64,000 nt of DNA from Ignavibacteriales bacterium. Lineage in GTDB: Bacteria > Bacteroidota > Ignavibacteria > Ignavibacteriales > SURF-24. This document shows positions 10,478 through 19,653 of the stretch, piece after piece. The stretch is taken from NCBI GenBank assembly GCA_026390815.1, contig JAPLFH010000032.1, positions 56,904 to 120,903 of the forward strand, read 5' to 3'. How positions within the stretch are numbered: position 1 is the first letter of the stretch; every line of letters begins with the position of its first letter. The notes under the pieces are model-generated. The model did no database searches. It was not told where the DNA came from and saw only the letters and a list, made by a program, of their open reading frames with translations. Both the position numbers and the translations under genes were made by a program.

Positions 10478-11341
10478 GTGGTTATTATGAAATATATTTT
10501 TATGTGTGTGTTCTTAATGTTTATCTTGCAAATCCAATTTGTAACAGCGCAAAGTGTAGCAAATGGAAATTTTGAACAAGGACCTGCTTCTGGATGGATT
10601 CAGTATTCTTCAGGAGGATATGGACTTATCGGTACGGCTGCTTTTTTTAATTCCACATCAATTACTCCTCAAGTCTTTCCACGCTCCGGTCAATACATGG
10701 CAAGGATAGGTGGATTTTCTTACGAACAAAATTCTATTAAGCAGACTGTTACTTTACCGAATACACCAAAAGTATATATGGGGATGTTTTATCAAGATCG
10801 TGCTTCCACTACTTCAGAATGTGGCGGTCTTTGGGTTGGCGCTCAAATTAGAGTGTTTGTAGCTGGCACGGCTATTTTAGATCAATACCAATGCTATTAC
10901 AATACTGTAAACAATTGGACTTACGTGTATTTCGATTTAAGCGCTGCCGCAGGGCAGACTGTTGAAATTGGATTCCGGGCAGATGCGGCAAGCTCAGTTT
11001 GGTCCTATTTATACCTTGACGATATAACTATTAGTTCAACGGTATCGGTTCCGGAGGATTACACTTCAATTCAATTGGATAAATTCCGGCTTGATCAAAA
11101 CTACCCAAATCCATTCAATCCAACAACGACAATTAATTATCAGATTCCAACTGCAGGAAACGTTTCATTAAAAGTTAATGACATGCTTGGTAAGGAGGTG
11201 GCAACTTTAGTTAATGAAGAAAAACCTGCCGGGAATTATCAAGTTGATTTTGATGGAAGTAGACTTTCGGGTGGGATATATTTTTATCAAATTAAGACCG
11301 GTTCATTCGTTCAGACAAGAAAGATGTTGTTGTTGAAATAA
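10478..11341 (+). CDS. Secreted hypothetical protein with T9SS C-terminal sorting domain (287 aa).
   Basis: RBS aaggtgg lies upstream. Signal peptide MKYIFMCVFLMFILQIQFVTAQS. C-terminus LDQNYPNPFNPTTTINY...LVNEEKPAGNYQVDFDGSRLSGGIYFYQIKTGSFVQTRKMLLLK. Confidence 0.75.
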   Translation: MVIMKYIFMCVFLMFILQIQFVTAQSVANGNFEQGPASGWIQYSSGGYGLIGTAAFFNSTSITPQVFPRSGQYMARIGGFSYEQNSIKQTVTLPNTPKVYMGMFYQDRASTTSECGGLWVGAQIRVFVAGTAILDQYQCYYNTVNNWTYVYFDLSAAAGQTVEIGFRADAASSVWSYLYLDDITISSTVSVPEDYTSIQLDKFRLDQNYPNPFNPTTTINYQIPTAGNVSLKVNDMLGKEVATLVNEEKPAGNYQVDFDGSRLSGGIYFYQIKTGSFVQTRKMLLLK

Positions 11342-11701
11342 TTTTTACTTCTATAATTAAGTGTTAGAGTAGTTTTTGATTTTAATAAAATTATTCTAAA
11401 GTTACATATAAGTTCTACTCCGTGAGAGCATTAGTTCCAGAGTATTCCTGTTACATCACGCGGATAGTACTCTCCCGAAGCAGAAATGTTAATTTTGAAA
11501 GAACAACAACTTAATCAATTACTTGCCACAATCTTAAAATTTTTTTCATTAATCCATTGTTTATTCGGCTTCAAAAACTACTTGTTTTCCCTTGTTGGTT
11601 AAAATAAGCTCTTAGGGTTTATAATTATAACTCAATAGATGTACAGTTTATAATTCAATATGTACATTAAACTTGACATTATGTAAAACATACTATATAT
11701 T

Positions 11702-11950
11702 TTGCTTGAATTAAATATTTACACACATTTATTGAATATTGTGAAAACTAAACTACGGAAATACCGATTTGAAAATGGAGAGCTAAGTCAGCAACAGCTT
11801 GCTGATATAGTAAAAGTTTCTCGACAAACAATTGTTGCCATAGAGCGAGGTGACTATAATCTTTCAGTCAAACTTGCTTTACTATTGGCACACAAATTAA
11901 ATACAACCGTAGAAAACCTATTCCAACTTGAGGAGAAAGACTATGTTTAA
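11702..11950 (+). CDS. XRE-family (Cro/C1-type) helix-turn-helix transcriptional regulator.
   Basis: LSQQQLADIVKVSRQTIVAIERGDYNLSVKLALLLAHKLNTTVENLF is a canonical HTH_XRE. The gene overlaps the downstream membrane-protein gene. The true start may be a downstream Met. Confidence 0.75.
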   Translation: MLELNIYTHLLNIVKTKLRKYRFENGELSQQQLADIVKVSRQTIVAIERGDYNLSVKLALLLAHKLNTTVENLFQLEEKDYV

Positions 11951-12629
11951 AAAAGATCCGATCTTTTGGCTGGCAACTTGTATTTTCATTTCAGGAGTCG
12001 TCATTTTTGCTTTAACACAGAATCAATCATGGTTGTTCTTGTTGGCAGGATCGTATCTACTTCGACCAACGTTAGCTTCGCTCAACATTGCGAAGTCCCT
12101 GGTTGATGAACGCCAAATGAGCATTCAGTACCGATCTGGAAATATTGCATTTACGGTAATGATAATTGCGTGCATAGTTATGTCGGTCTATCAAAGTAAC
12201 AAAGGGGATCATAGCTGGGAGTTTTTTAATGCTATTGTTATCATCGGATTGACGGCCAAAGCATTGTCTAATGTTTTTTTGGTTGGCAATTACCGTGAGT
12301 CGGGGACAAAAATAATTATGGCGGTTGGATTGATGTTAGTGCTATTTGTTTCATTAGAAAATGGGTTCACAGTGGGAGGCCTAGTTGAATCCCTTCCTTG
12401 GTGGGGAATCGTAGGAGTTGGTTGGTTGTCAAAAAAAATTCCAAGAACGATTGGCGGAATAATTCTTATGATAACTGTGGTTCTTCTATTCTTCATTCTT
12501 AAAAAAGGATTTATTGTTGGACAAATTATCACAGCAGTAGTTGTATCCATACCGTTGGTAACGGCAGGAGTAAGTCTTATTGTTGGTGATAGAAGAGAAG
12601 AAGATTCTGATGGTGATGTTCTAGCTTGA
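11928..12629 (+). CDS. Polytopic membrane protein (6 or more predicted TM helices) translationally coupled to the XRE regulator. The arrangement is YozG/DUF2975-like.
   Basis: Hydrophobic segments occur throughout. There is a 23-bp overlap with the HTH gene. Confidence 0.6.
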   Translation: MRRKTMFKKDPIFWLATCIFISGVVIFALTQNQSWLFLLAGSYLLRPTLASLNIAKSLVDERQMSIQYRSGNIAFTVMIIACIVMSVYQSNKGDHSWEFFNAIVIIGLTAKALSNVFLVGNYRESGTKIIMAVGLMLVLFVSLENGFTVGGLVESLPWWGIVGVGWLSKKIPRTIGGIILMITVVLLFFILKKGFIVGQIITAVVVSIPLVTAGVSLIVGDRREEDSDGDVLA

Positions 12630-12766
12630 TCTATTGCTTATTCATTAAAGTGAATGGAGAACTATATATGACTCTAAAAATATGTATGAATAGTGCAATC
12701 CGAATTTTTAATTTATTCTGATAGTTCATTAATTCATTTAATTTCATAACATTAAACGGAGTAGTT

Positions 12767-13306
12767 ATGTTTTCACAAAAGTATTTTTTTTCAATTTCTA
12801 TTCTGGGTTTAATTCTTATCGGACTATTCTTTACTCCCGAAAAAGGTACAAACGCACAGACAACTCAAAGGATTGGAGTTTTCGATTCGAGAGCAGTTGT
12901 AGTAGCATACTATAATTCAAAATACTTCAAAGAGAAACAGATTTTTGATTCCTTAGGTTTGCAAATGAAAAATGCAAAAGAAAAAGACGACAAAAAAACG
13001 ATAGCCAAAATTGAACGGGAGGGAACATTGCGGCAAGCAATGATGCACGAGCAGGGATTCGGAAAAGGATCAATCAATAATATTACGGAGACTATGAAAG
13101 ATAAAATGGCAATACTGGTTAAGAACGAAAATCTGACCGCCATTGTCTCGAAGTGGGAGTTAGTTTATAGCGGAACGGATGTGGAGTTAGTCGATATTAC
13201 AGAGAAGATTGTTGATTTCTTCGAGCCGAGTGAAAAGATAAAATCTATGATGAAAGAAATTATGCAATCGGAACCGATTAAGGATGCCTATTTGATTGAA
13301 GATTGA
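12767..13306 (+). CDS. OmpH/Skp-like periplasmic chaperone (179 aa).
   Basis: Signal/TM segment, then RIGVFDSRAV resembling the Skp KIGVVD start. The protein is coiled-coil and Lys/Glu-rich. The C-terminal ...VELVDITEKIVDFF resembles Skp C-termini. Confidence 0.5.
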   Translation: MFSQKYFFSISILGLILIGLFFTPEKGTNAQTTQRIGVFDSRAVVVAYYNSKYFKEKQIFDSLGLQMKNAKEKDDKKTIAKIEREGTLRQAMMHEQGFGKGSINNITETMKDKMAILVKNENLTAIVSKWELVYSGTDVELVDITEKIVDFFEPSEKIKSMMKEIMQSEPIKDAYLIED

Positions 13307-13406
13307 AGTGTCGTCTTCATAGTGAACTTCTCCGATTTCTATTTTACCATCATTCACTCGGCGAACTCCCCAATGGATGAGACTTTTAGCAATGTTACTC
13401 TTATAG

Positions 13407-13580
13407 TGTAAAGTGTATTACATTCTTGGAAGAAAAGTAGGAACACTTGTTAATGAAGAAAAACCTGCCGGGAATTATCAATTTGATTTTAATGGCAGTT
13501 GTTTACCAAGCGGAATATATTATTATCAAATTAAAGCTGGCTCATTCGTTCAGTCAAGAAAGATGATATTGTTAAAGTAA
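13407..13580 (+). pseudogene. Orphan fragment of a T9SS C-terminal sorting domain (ILGRKVGTLVNEEKPAGNYQFDFNGSCLPSGIYYYQIKAGSFVQSRKMILLK*) with no cargo domain upstream.
   Basis: In-frame TAG at 13404-13406 lies just upstream. The fragment is about 70% identical to the tail of the 10478..11341 product and to the tail of 47792..50281. No start codon or signal peptide is present. Confidence 0.6.
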
Positions 13581-13724
13581 AATCATCACCTTTAATTATT
13601 TTAAAAAGGAGGTTTAATATGGCTGCCTCCTTTATAAAATTGAAATGAAATTGTAACAACAATTTGTCCTTTGGCGCTTTATACAACCGATTGACTTTCC
13701 TCTTTTACTCAGGTTAGAAAGAAA

Positions 13725-14264
13725 TTATAAAGCAAAGAGGAAGCCTACGGTGATGACATAAAAATTGCTGCTAATGTCATTGCTGCCCGGGAGTTGATTA
13801 AAATCATAATTCAGAAAGACGTAACGAATGTCTGCCGTCAGTTTGATTGAACCGACTGGCAATTCCAGACCACCACCAAAATGCCAGCCAACTTTTTGTG
13901 TTGTTTCGTCTTTAAGAAGCGGTAACTTGCTTTGATCATAATCCAAAGTAGTGTTGTACCAGCCCATTCCCATAGCACCATATACAATTGGGAGCGGATA
14001 AATTAAACCGGTTATCATCACGGGCCAACTACGAACCGTTAAGAGACCGTCCCCATATTTTTCCTGTCGATAATTAATGGATGCTTCTACACCAAGAATT
14101 GGTATCAATTTCGCGCGCAAGGCTACTCCCCCAGTATAATTACTTCTATCGGAATCCATAGTTTTAAAATAGCCGACCTGGGGACCCAGACTTACGCTCT
14201 GTGCATTCACCTGAGCAACCATCAATGCGGTAAGCCCTATTATCAGCAAAGTTTTCTTCCACAT
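13725..14264 (-). CDS. Small outer-membrane beta-barrel protein (OmpW/OmpA-beta-barrel-like, 179 aa).
   Basis: Signal peptide MWKKTLLIIGLTALMVAQVNAQS. Alternating amphipathic beta-strand pattern. Hydrophobic C-terminal strand. Confidence 0.55.
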   Translation of the reverse strand: MWKKTLLIIGLTALMVAQVNAQSVSLGPQVGYFKTMDSDRSNYTGGVALRAKLIPILGVEASINYRQEKYGDGLLTVRSWPVMITGLIYPLPIVYGAMGMGWYNTTLDYDQSKLPLLKDETTQKVGWHFGGGLELPVGSIKLTADIRYVFLNYDFNQLPGSNDISSNFYVITVGFLFAL

Positions 14265-14467
14265 ATATTAATCTCCTTTAAATGAATGAACGATGTATTT
14301 TATAAAAAAAACTAATGCATTACAAACATAAAAACAATCATCCAAAGGGATGAAAAAGGGATTGGTTCTTTTAACTTCCACCAAGGTATTCCAAGCAAAG
14401 AGTAATCGAACCTCTGAGGAACAAAAACGACAACCTGCAAAAAAAATGGTTGATGGTTGGCTGTTGA

Positions 14468-14489
14468 CCTGCCTGCCGGCAAAGGCAGG
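14468..14489. repeat. GC-rich palindromic element CCTGCCTGCCGGCAAAGGCAGG. The identical 22-mer occurs in inverse orientation at 29304-29325, and a variant at 16405-16427.
   Basis: Exact reverse-complement match read from the sequence. It sits in an AT-rich intergenic region. Confidence 0.7.
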
Positions 14490-14677
14490 TGGAAGATGTA
14501 GAAAATTATTTATGACAACCAAATGGCTTGCATTAGTCCTTTCATTATAATCTTACTATCACTTAGAATTTCACTATCTCTTTCAAGATGTATATCTGTA
14601 AGAATCTTTATTTTCTTCTTTATTCCCTTTCCTTTCCTTTTTATCTATTTTTAGGCAACCGATCAGGAGTTTTGCGG

Positions 14678-17600
14678 ATGTCATTCGAAAATGCTTTTAT
14701 AACAGTATCCAATCTTGTTAATGATTTTAAGGAAAACAAAAAAGTTTATTTAAGCACAAGCTATTCCGAAGCTGATGTACGAAATGATTTTATCAATAAG
14801 TTTTTTATTGCGCTTGGCTGGGATGTAAGACACGATGAGCAAAAAAATCCTTATGAGCAGGAAGTAAGAGTTGAAAAACCTGTGCAGGTTGCTAAAGCAC
14901 AAAAGCGCGCCGATTATACTTTTTACCTTTCCCCAAATTACCGCGATGTTAAATTTTTTGTTGAAGCTAAAAAACCTTATCACGATCTTGAGAATAAAGA
15001 TTACTTTTTTCAAACCGTACGTTATGGATGGAATGCAAACACTCCTGTTGCATTGCTTACCGATTTTGAAGAGTTTATAATCCTTGATTGCCGCTTTAGA
15101 CCAGACATAAATGAAATACTTAACTACAAAATAAAAAGCTTTACCTTTGATGATTATGCAAATGAAGAAAAGTTCAAAGAAATTTATTTCCTCTTTTCGC
15201 GTGAAGCTGTTGCAGACAATTCTATTGAAAAGTTTACCGAAGCATTACCAAAACCAAAGGGAAAGAAAAAAGCATTAGTAAAAGAATCCTACCAGAAAAT
15301 TGATGAAGCATTTTTAACTGAGCTTGATGCGATAAGAACAACGCTTGCAAAATCATTTAAAAAAAATAATGCCCATCTTACAAGTGAAGAGCTAACCGAG
15401 GCAACACAGCGGACTATTGACCGGCTTGTGTTTATTAAATTTCTTGAAGATAAAATGATTGAACCGCACCACTATGTAAGCGAGTTTGTAAAACCTCACC
15501 CTGTTTCCCTCTCCTTACAAAGGAGAGGGACTAAGGGAGAGGTCGGACTTGTTGATAAAGTTGAAAGCAATAAACAAGAGTTAAGTGCATGGGAAAAGTT
15601 TTTACGCGCAAGCCGTACTCTTGATGCAAAGTATAATGGCGTTGTTTTTAAGAAGAGCTTAATTGATTCCCGTAATATTGTTGAGCCGGAAGATAAAACA
15701 TTCTCCTCTATCTGTGAAGGATTATCCTACGATAACACGCCTTATAACTTTGATGCAATTCCGATACATATTCTCGGTTCCATTTATGAAAGATTTCTTG
15801 GCAAGGTTGTTAATGCAACCGATAAACGTGTAACGATTGATGAAAAACCGGAAGTAAGAAAAGCCGGCGGAGTTTATTACACGCCGCAGTACATTGTTAA
15901 TTATATAGTTGATAACACAATTGTAAAACTGATTGCGGGAGACCGTCCCTTTGGGAAAGGCAAAACTCCAAAGGAAATTGCAAAAATGCGTTTTGCAGAT
16001 ATTGCCTGTGGAAGCGGTTCCTTTTTAATTACTGTTTATGAAAGAATACTTGATTACCACAAACGCTGGTACTTAGAGAATCCTGAGCAGGCAAAGAAAG
16101 ACGGCTGCATTTTATTTGAAGGTGCTTACCGTTTATCCCTGCAGCAGAAGCAGAAAATACTTACCAACAATATTTACGGAGTTGATTTAGACCAGCAGGC
16201 AGTTGAAGTAACACAGCTTTCCCTTTATTTAAAATTACTTGAAGATGAAACCACAGCGACAGCAAACGATACCTGGGTGATGTTTAAAGAACAGATTTTA
16301 CCGGATCTGAATAAAAACATTATTTGCGGCAACTCGCTTATTGGAACAGATATTTTGAACCCCACCTTAATCCTCCCCTTTAGTAAAGGGGAGGAAACAG
16401 GAGGGCCTGCCTGTCCGGTAGGCAGGGTTAATGAACTGAAGCTTAAGCCTATGGATTTTGAGAATGTATTTCCGCATATCTTTAAAAGCTCCCCTTTGGG
16501 GGGAGTTGAGGGGGCTGGTGGCTTTGATGCGGTTGTAGGAAATCCACCATATCTGTACTCAGCTGGAAAAAGATTTAGTGAATATTTCAAAACGCATTTT
16601 AAGTTCAATCAATATCAAACTGATTATTATGTTTACTTCATAGAAAGGGCACTATCATTAATTAAAAACAAAGGAAAATTTTCATATATAATATCAGATT
16701 CATGGCTTAATTCAGATTACTTTAAAAAAATGAGAGATGAATTATTATTAAAACATAAGATTGAGAAATTAATAGTCTTTGATTATCCTGTATTTCAAAA
16801 TGTTACTCTAGAAAATTCAATTATAATAATTTCAGTCAATGAGAAACCTTCATCATTTGATATTATAAGATTTAACTCCCCACAGAAATATATCATTGCC
16901 AATAACTTAGCACCTAATGATGCTTATGCTGAAGGAATAATTAAACCCAATAAGTCAACTATTACAGATTATTTAATTAATAAAATTGAAAATGATTCTA
17001 AACCTTTGTCTCATTTTTGTAAAATAAACAGAGGAATTCATGCATATAGGACGGACGGTTATGGAAAATCGAAATTTGGTGGTGGGCACCAAACAAAGAA
17101 AGATAAAGAATTACAATCATATCATTCTGACAAACCTATCGATAAAACATATTTACCAGAGATAAAAGGGAAAGATGTATTTAAATATTCTTTTAATTAT
17201 TCAGGTAAGTATCTTTCATATGGTGATTGGTTAGCAGAACCAAGAACTCCTGAGTATTTTATGAATCCAAAAGTTGTTCTAAGAAAGATTTTAGGAGATA
17301 AAATAATTGGTACATTTATAAGCGAACCGTTAGCAATTGATCAGTCTCTTTATATTTTAATAGTAGAGAAAAATGAAGAGGCCGTATTAAAAACTTTTCT
17401 CGGTTTATTGTCTTCACGTTTAGCCGCTTGGTATCTGAAAAATAAATACTCAATCTTTGATACTCTTTATCCTTGGTTTACAATTAAACAATTATCTACA
17501 TTCCCGACAAAAATAATTGATAATAAACTTCACTCTCTTGCCGATCAAATGCTCACCACAAAAAAGCAACTCCAGCAAGCCAAAACAGAAAGCGATATAA

Positions 17601-17716
17601 ATTATCTTCAACGTAAATGCGAAACCATAGACCGGCAAATAGATCAGCTCGTTTACGGGCTTTACGGCTTAACCGAAGAAGAAATAAAAATTGTAGAAGG
17701 AGCAAGCAACCCATAG
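14678..17716 (+). CDS. Type IIG restriction-modification enzyme (MmeI/Eco57I-like fused PD-ExK endonuclease and gamma-class N6-adenine DNA methyltransferase). It is solitary, with no BREX partner genes.
   Basis: RBS aggag lies 8 nt before the ATG at 14678; the ORF-track start at 14588 is probably too far upstream. The N-terminal nuclease motif reads ...RADYTFY...VKFFVEAKKP (D...EAK). Methyltransferase motif I is DIACGSGSFLIT. Motif IV is FDAVVGNPPYLYS. The protein length of about 1010 aa fits the MmeI family. Confidence 0.75.
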   Translation: MSFENAFITVSNLVNDFKENKKVYLSTSYSEADVRNDFINKFFIALGWDVRHDEQKNPYEQEVRVEKPVQVAKAQKRADYTFYLSPNYRDVKFFVEAKKPYHDLENKDYFFQTVRYGWNANTPVALLTDFEEFIILDCRFRPDINEILNYKIKSFTFDDYANEEKFKEIYFLFSREAVADNSIEKFTEALPKPKGKKKALVKESYQKIDEAFLTELDAIRTTLAKSFKKNNAHLTSEELTEATQRTIDRLVFIKFLEDKMIEPHHYVSEFVKPHPVSLSLQRRGTKGEVGLVDKVESNKQELSAWEKFLRASRTLDAKYNGVVFKKSLIDSRNIVEPEDKTFSSICEGLSYDNTPYNFDAIPIHILGSIYERFLGKVVNATDKRVTIDEKPEVRKAGGVYYTPQYIVNYIVDNTIVKLIAGDRPFGKGKTPKEIAKMRFADIACGSGSFLITVYERILDYHKRWYLENPEQAKKDGCILFEGAYRLSLQQKQKILTNNIYGVDLDQQAVEVTQLSLYLKLLEDETTATANDTWVMFKEQILPDLNKNIICGNSLIGTDILNPTLILPFSKGEETGGPACPVGRVNELKLKPMDFENVFPHIFKSSPLGGVEGAGGFDAVVGNPPYLYSAGKRFSEYFKTHFKFNQYQTDYYVYFIERALSLIKNKGKFSYIISDSWLNSDYFKKMRDELLLKHKIEKLIVFDYPVFQNVTLENSIIIISVNEKPSSFDIIRFNSPQKYIIANNLAPNDAYAEGIIKPNKSTITDYLINKIENDSKPLSHFCKINRGIHAYRTDGYGKSKFGGGHQTKKDKELQSYHSDKPIDKTYLPEIKGKDVFKYSFNYSGKYLSYGDWLAEPRTPEYFMNPKVVLRKILGDKIIGTFISEPLAIDQSLYILIVEKNEEAVLKTFLGLLSSRLAAWYLKNKYSIFDTLYPWFTIKQLSTFPTKIIDNKLHSLADQMLTTKKQLQQAKTESDINYLQRKCETIDRQIDQLVYGLYGLTEEEIKIVEGASNP
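15507..15530. repeat. In-frame GC-rich hairpin insertion (tccctctcc-ttacaa-aggagaggga) inside the Type IIG gene, followed by a partial third arm (gggagagg).
   Basis: 9-bp perfect stem. It encodes ...PVSLSLQRRGTKGEVGL... Confidence 0.6.
16372..16427. repeat. Two adjacent in-frame GC-rich hairpins inside the Type IIG gene: cctccccttt-agt-aaaggggagg (16372-16394) and ccctgcctgtccggtaggcaggg (16405-16427, a variant of the 14468 element).
   Basis: 10-bp and 8-bp perfect stems. They encode ...LILPFSKGEETGGPACPVGRVNE... The GC content is sharply higher than the surrounding gene. Confidence 0.65.
16489..16505. repeat. Third in-frame GC-rich hairpin (ctcccc-tttg-gggggag) about 10 codons before the NPPY motif.
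   Basis: Encodes KSSPLGGVEGAGG immediately before FDAVVGNPPY. Confidence 0.5.
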
Positions 17717-17753
17717 CTTCAGCTATGGGGATAAGAATACAACACATAACCAG
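17621..17753. repeat. Direct repeat copy 1 (~133 bp), the 3' end of the Type IIG gene. A near-identical copy 2 lies at 17988-18112.
   Basis: About 97% identity over roughly 125 bp. Copy 2 encodes ...IDRQIDQLVYGLYGLTEEEIKIVEGENNP*. Confidence 0.85.
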
Positions 17754-17987
17754 AGAATCTTTGTGGAAATAGAAAATTTTGGCAGCCCACGAATTTATTC
17801 GTGGGAACTTAGATAAAAGACAAAACAAAAAACCGATTCATCGGTTTGAAGGAGGAATCAGATTTGTTTATTAAAAAATACGGGTTGAAATTATAAACCC
17901 CGCCTACCGGCTGGCGGGCGTTAAAACGGTTATAAAAATTATTTTATTTTCCCACGGTTAAAACCGTGGGCTGTATAAAATAAAACA
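17754..17987. other. 234-bp hairpin-dense segment between the two direct repeats. Contains cccacgaa-ttta-ttcgtggg, aaaccgat-tc-atcggttt, ccgcc-taccggctg-gcggg and cccacgg-ttaaaa-ccgtggg. Possible inserted element or structured RNA.
   Basis: Four perfect stems of 7-8 bp in 234 bp, bounded by the 125-bp duplication. Confidence 0.4.
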
Positions 17988-18112
17988 CGAAACCATAGAC
18001 CGGCAAATAGATCAGCTCGTTTACGGGCTTTACGGCTTAACCGAAGAAGAAATAAAAATTGTAGAAGGAGAAAACAACCCATAGCTTCAGCTATGGGGAT
18101 AAGAACACAACC
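17988..18112. repeat. Direct repeat copy 2 (duplicate of the Type IIG gene 3' end).
   Basis: See 17621..17753. Confidence 0.85.
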
Positions 18113-18362
18113 AATCAGGATTATAATCTCTTCACTTATTCACTTTCCTTCCGATAATAAACTGGAAATATTATATTAGTTTGCAAAGCGGGTTTAAAGA
18201 GTAATCCTTTATAATGCAAACAAAACAGTTTCTACATGTTCTGCTTCTGCAAATTCAAATGGAAAAGAAGTTGTAAAAGTTAGATACTGTTGACAATAAC
18301 CTTTCTGAGCTTACCGATTAATTTGGAATATAAATATGTATAAAATGAAAGGAGATAGAATA

Positions 18363-19400
18363 ATGAAAGTAAAAAAAAATGCAATTGTATTTATGGCACT
18401 TTTATTCAGTTTAGCTTTTACAGCATGCACAAATAAACAAGGAGTAACCGATTATTCAAATCAAGAACAAGCGTTAACCGATTATTCAACACCTGAGCAT
18501 TGGTTATCTTTACATTATTCGGCTGTAAAAGAAGTAGATATTTTTTACCTTTATCCAACTTCGTGGCAAAAAATTGATTCAACGGAGTCAAACATTTGTG
18601 CAATCAATAATCCTTTAATGCTAAAATATTCAAGATATGCATTTGAAAGACAAGCTACTGCTTTTGAAACCGTTGGGAATATTTACGCACCATATTACAG
18701 ACAAATGGATGTTGCTTCCCGCGCCTTTATGACCACAGAAGAACAAGAAAAGTTTGTGGCTGGAATACCAACGTTAGATGCTATAGCAGCTTTTGATTAT
18801 TATATTAAACATTACAACAATGGACGCCCGTTTATTTTAGCCGGACATTCACAGGGTGCAAATATCCTTGCAAATATATTATCAGGATACTTGAAAGATA
18901 ATCAACAGGTTTACTCAAGAATGATTGCTGCTTATGTTATTGGATATTCAATTACAGGTGAATATCTTAACAAAAATCCGCATTTAAAATTTGCTGAAGG
19001 TCCTGATGATATAGGAGTGATAATTTCATATAACACTGAAGCTCCTGAAGTTGTTAAAGGAACCAACCCCGTTACATTGCCAGGCGGTATTGCCATAAAT
19101 CCAATTACCTGGACAAGGGAAGAAACATTAGCAACTGCCGATAAAAATTTAGGATCCATAATATTAAATAAAGATGGTTCTGTAGCAGCTGGAATACCTA
19201 TACCAGTAATGAACTATGCGGACGCCCGTATTGATAAGAATAAAGGAGTAGTTATTTGCAGTACTGCTGATGTATCAAAATTATCCCCCGGTACCGCCGG
19301 ATATGTTAGAGGTGTTTATCATAGTTTTGATTTCCCATTTTACTATTACAATATCAGAGAAAATGCAGCCAACAGAACAAAAAAATTCTTAAACAAATGA
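18363..19400 (+). CDS. Lipoprotein with alpha/beta-hydrolase fold (GHSQG nucleophile-elbow motif; DUF3089-like esterase/lipase family).
   Basis: RBS aaaggag lies 7 nt before the ATG at 18363 (MKVKK). The ORF-track start at 18336 is probably too early. Lipobox ...LAFTAC. GHSQGANILANIL matches the G-x-S-x-G motif. Confidence 0.6.
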   Translation: MKVKKNAIVFMALLFSLAFTACTNKQGVTDYSNQEQALTDYSTPEHWLSLHYSAVKEVDIFYLYPTSWQKIDSTESNICAINNPLMLKYSRYAFERQATAFETVGNIYAPYYRQMDVASRAFMTTEEQEKFVAGIPTLDAIAAFDYYIKHYNNGRPFILAGHSQGANILANILSGYLKDNQQVYSRMIAAYVIGYSITGEYLNKNPHLKFAEGPDDIGVIISYNTEAPEVVKGTNPVTLPGGIAINPITWTREETLATADKNLGSIILNKDGSVAAGIPIPVMNYADARIDKNKGVVICSTADVSKLSPGTAGYVRGVYHSFDFPFYYYNIRENAANRTKKFLNK

Positions 19401-19630
19401 TTATAGAAATTTTTCAATTCATACATAAATGCAGCATTATTTAGATACATATAAAAGAGAAGACAGGAGAAATATTGCTGTTAAAAGGATGTACTTGCTC
19501 AAGGAAGTTTACCGACACGTAAAGGAATAATTATCAGTTTGTAGGAAAAAGGAATTAGTCCTGCCGATATAGTTTTGAAGACAAGGCATAGTCAAGATGC
19601 AGTAGACAGAAGTCGGAATGCATATTTATG

Positions 19631-19653
19631 GTCCAGGTAGCTGGACTTTTTTA
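19631..19653 (+). terminator. Rho-independent terminator (gtccag-gtag-ctggac followed by ttttttatt).
   Basis: 6-bp stem plus T-run, about 230 bp downstream of the 18363..19400 stop. Confidence 0.5.

Noticed and set aside
11342-11701. 360-bp intergenic region upstream of the XRE regulator as a possible ncRNA.
   Set aside because: There is no convincing conserved structure or repeat. It is more likely a promoter or operator region for the divergent or regulator genes. It cannot be supported from sequence alone.
12290-12550. 86-aa antisense ORF inside the membrane-protein gene.
   Set aside because: It is antisense to a TM-rich coding frame and has Pro/Thr-rich low complexity.
14268-14550. Overlapping small ORFs 14268..14522 (-) and 14350..14550 (+).
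   Set aside because: They overlap each other in an intergenic region containing the GC-rich palindromic repeat. They are most likely translation artefacts of the repeat.
14588-14677. ORF-track start of the restriction-modification gene at 14588 (MYICKNLYF...).
   Set aside because: There is no RBS. A good aggag RBS precedes the ATG at 14678, and homologous N-termini begin near MSFENAF.
14678-17716. BREX PglX identity for the large methyltransferase.
   Set aside because: No brxA/B/C, pglZ or brxL genes flank it. An N-terminal PD-ExK nuclease motif is present, which is typical of stand-alone Type IIG enzymes.
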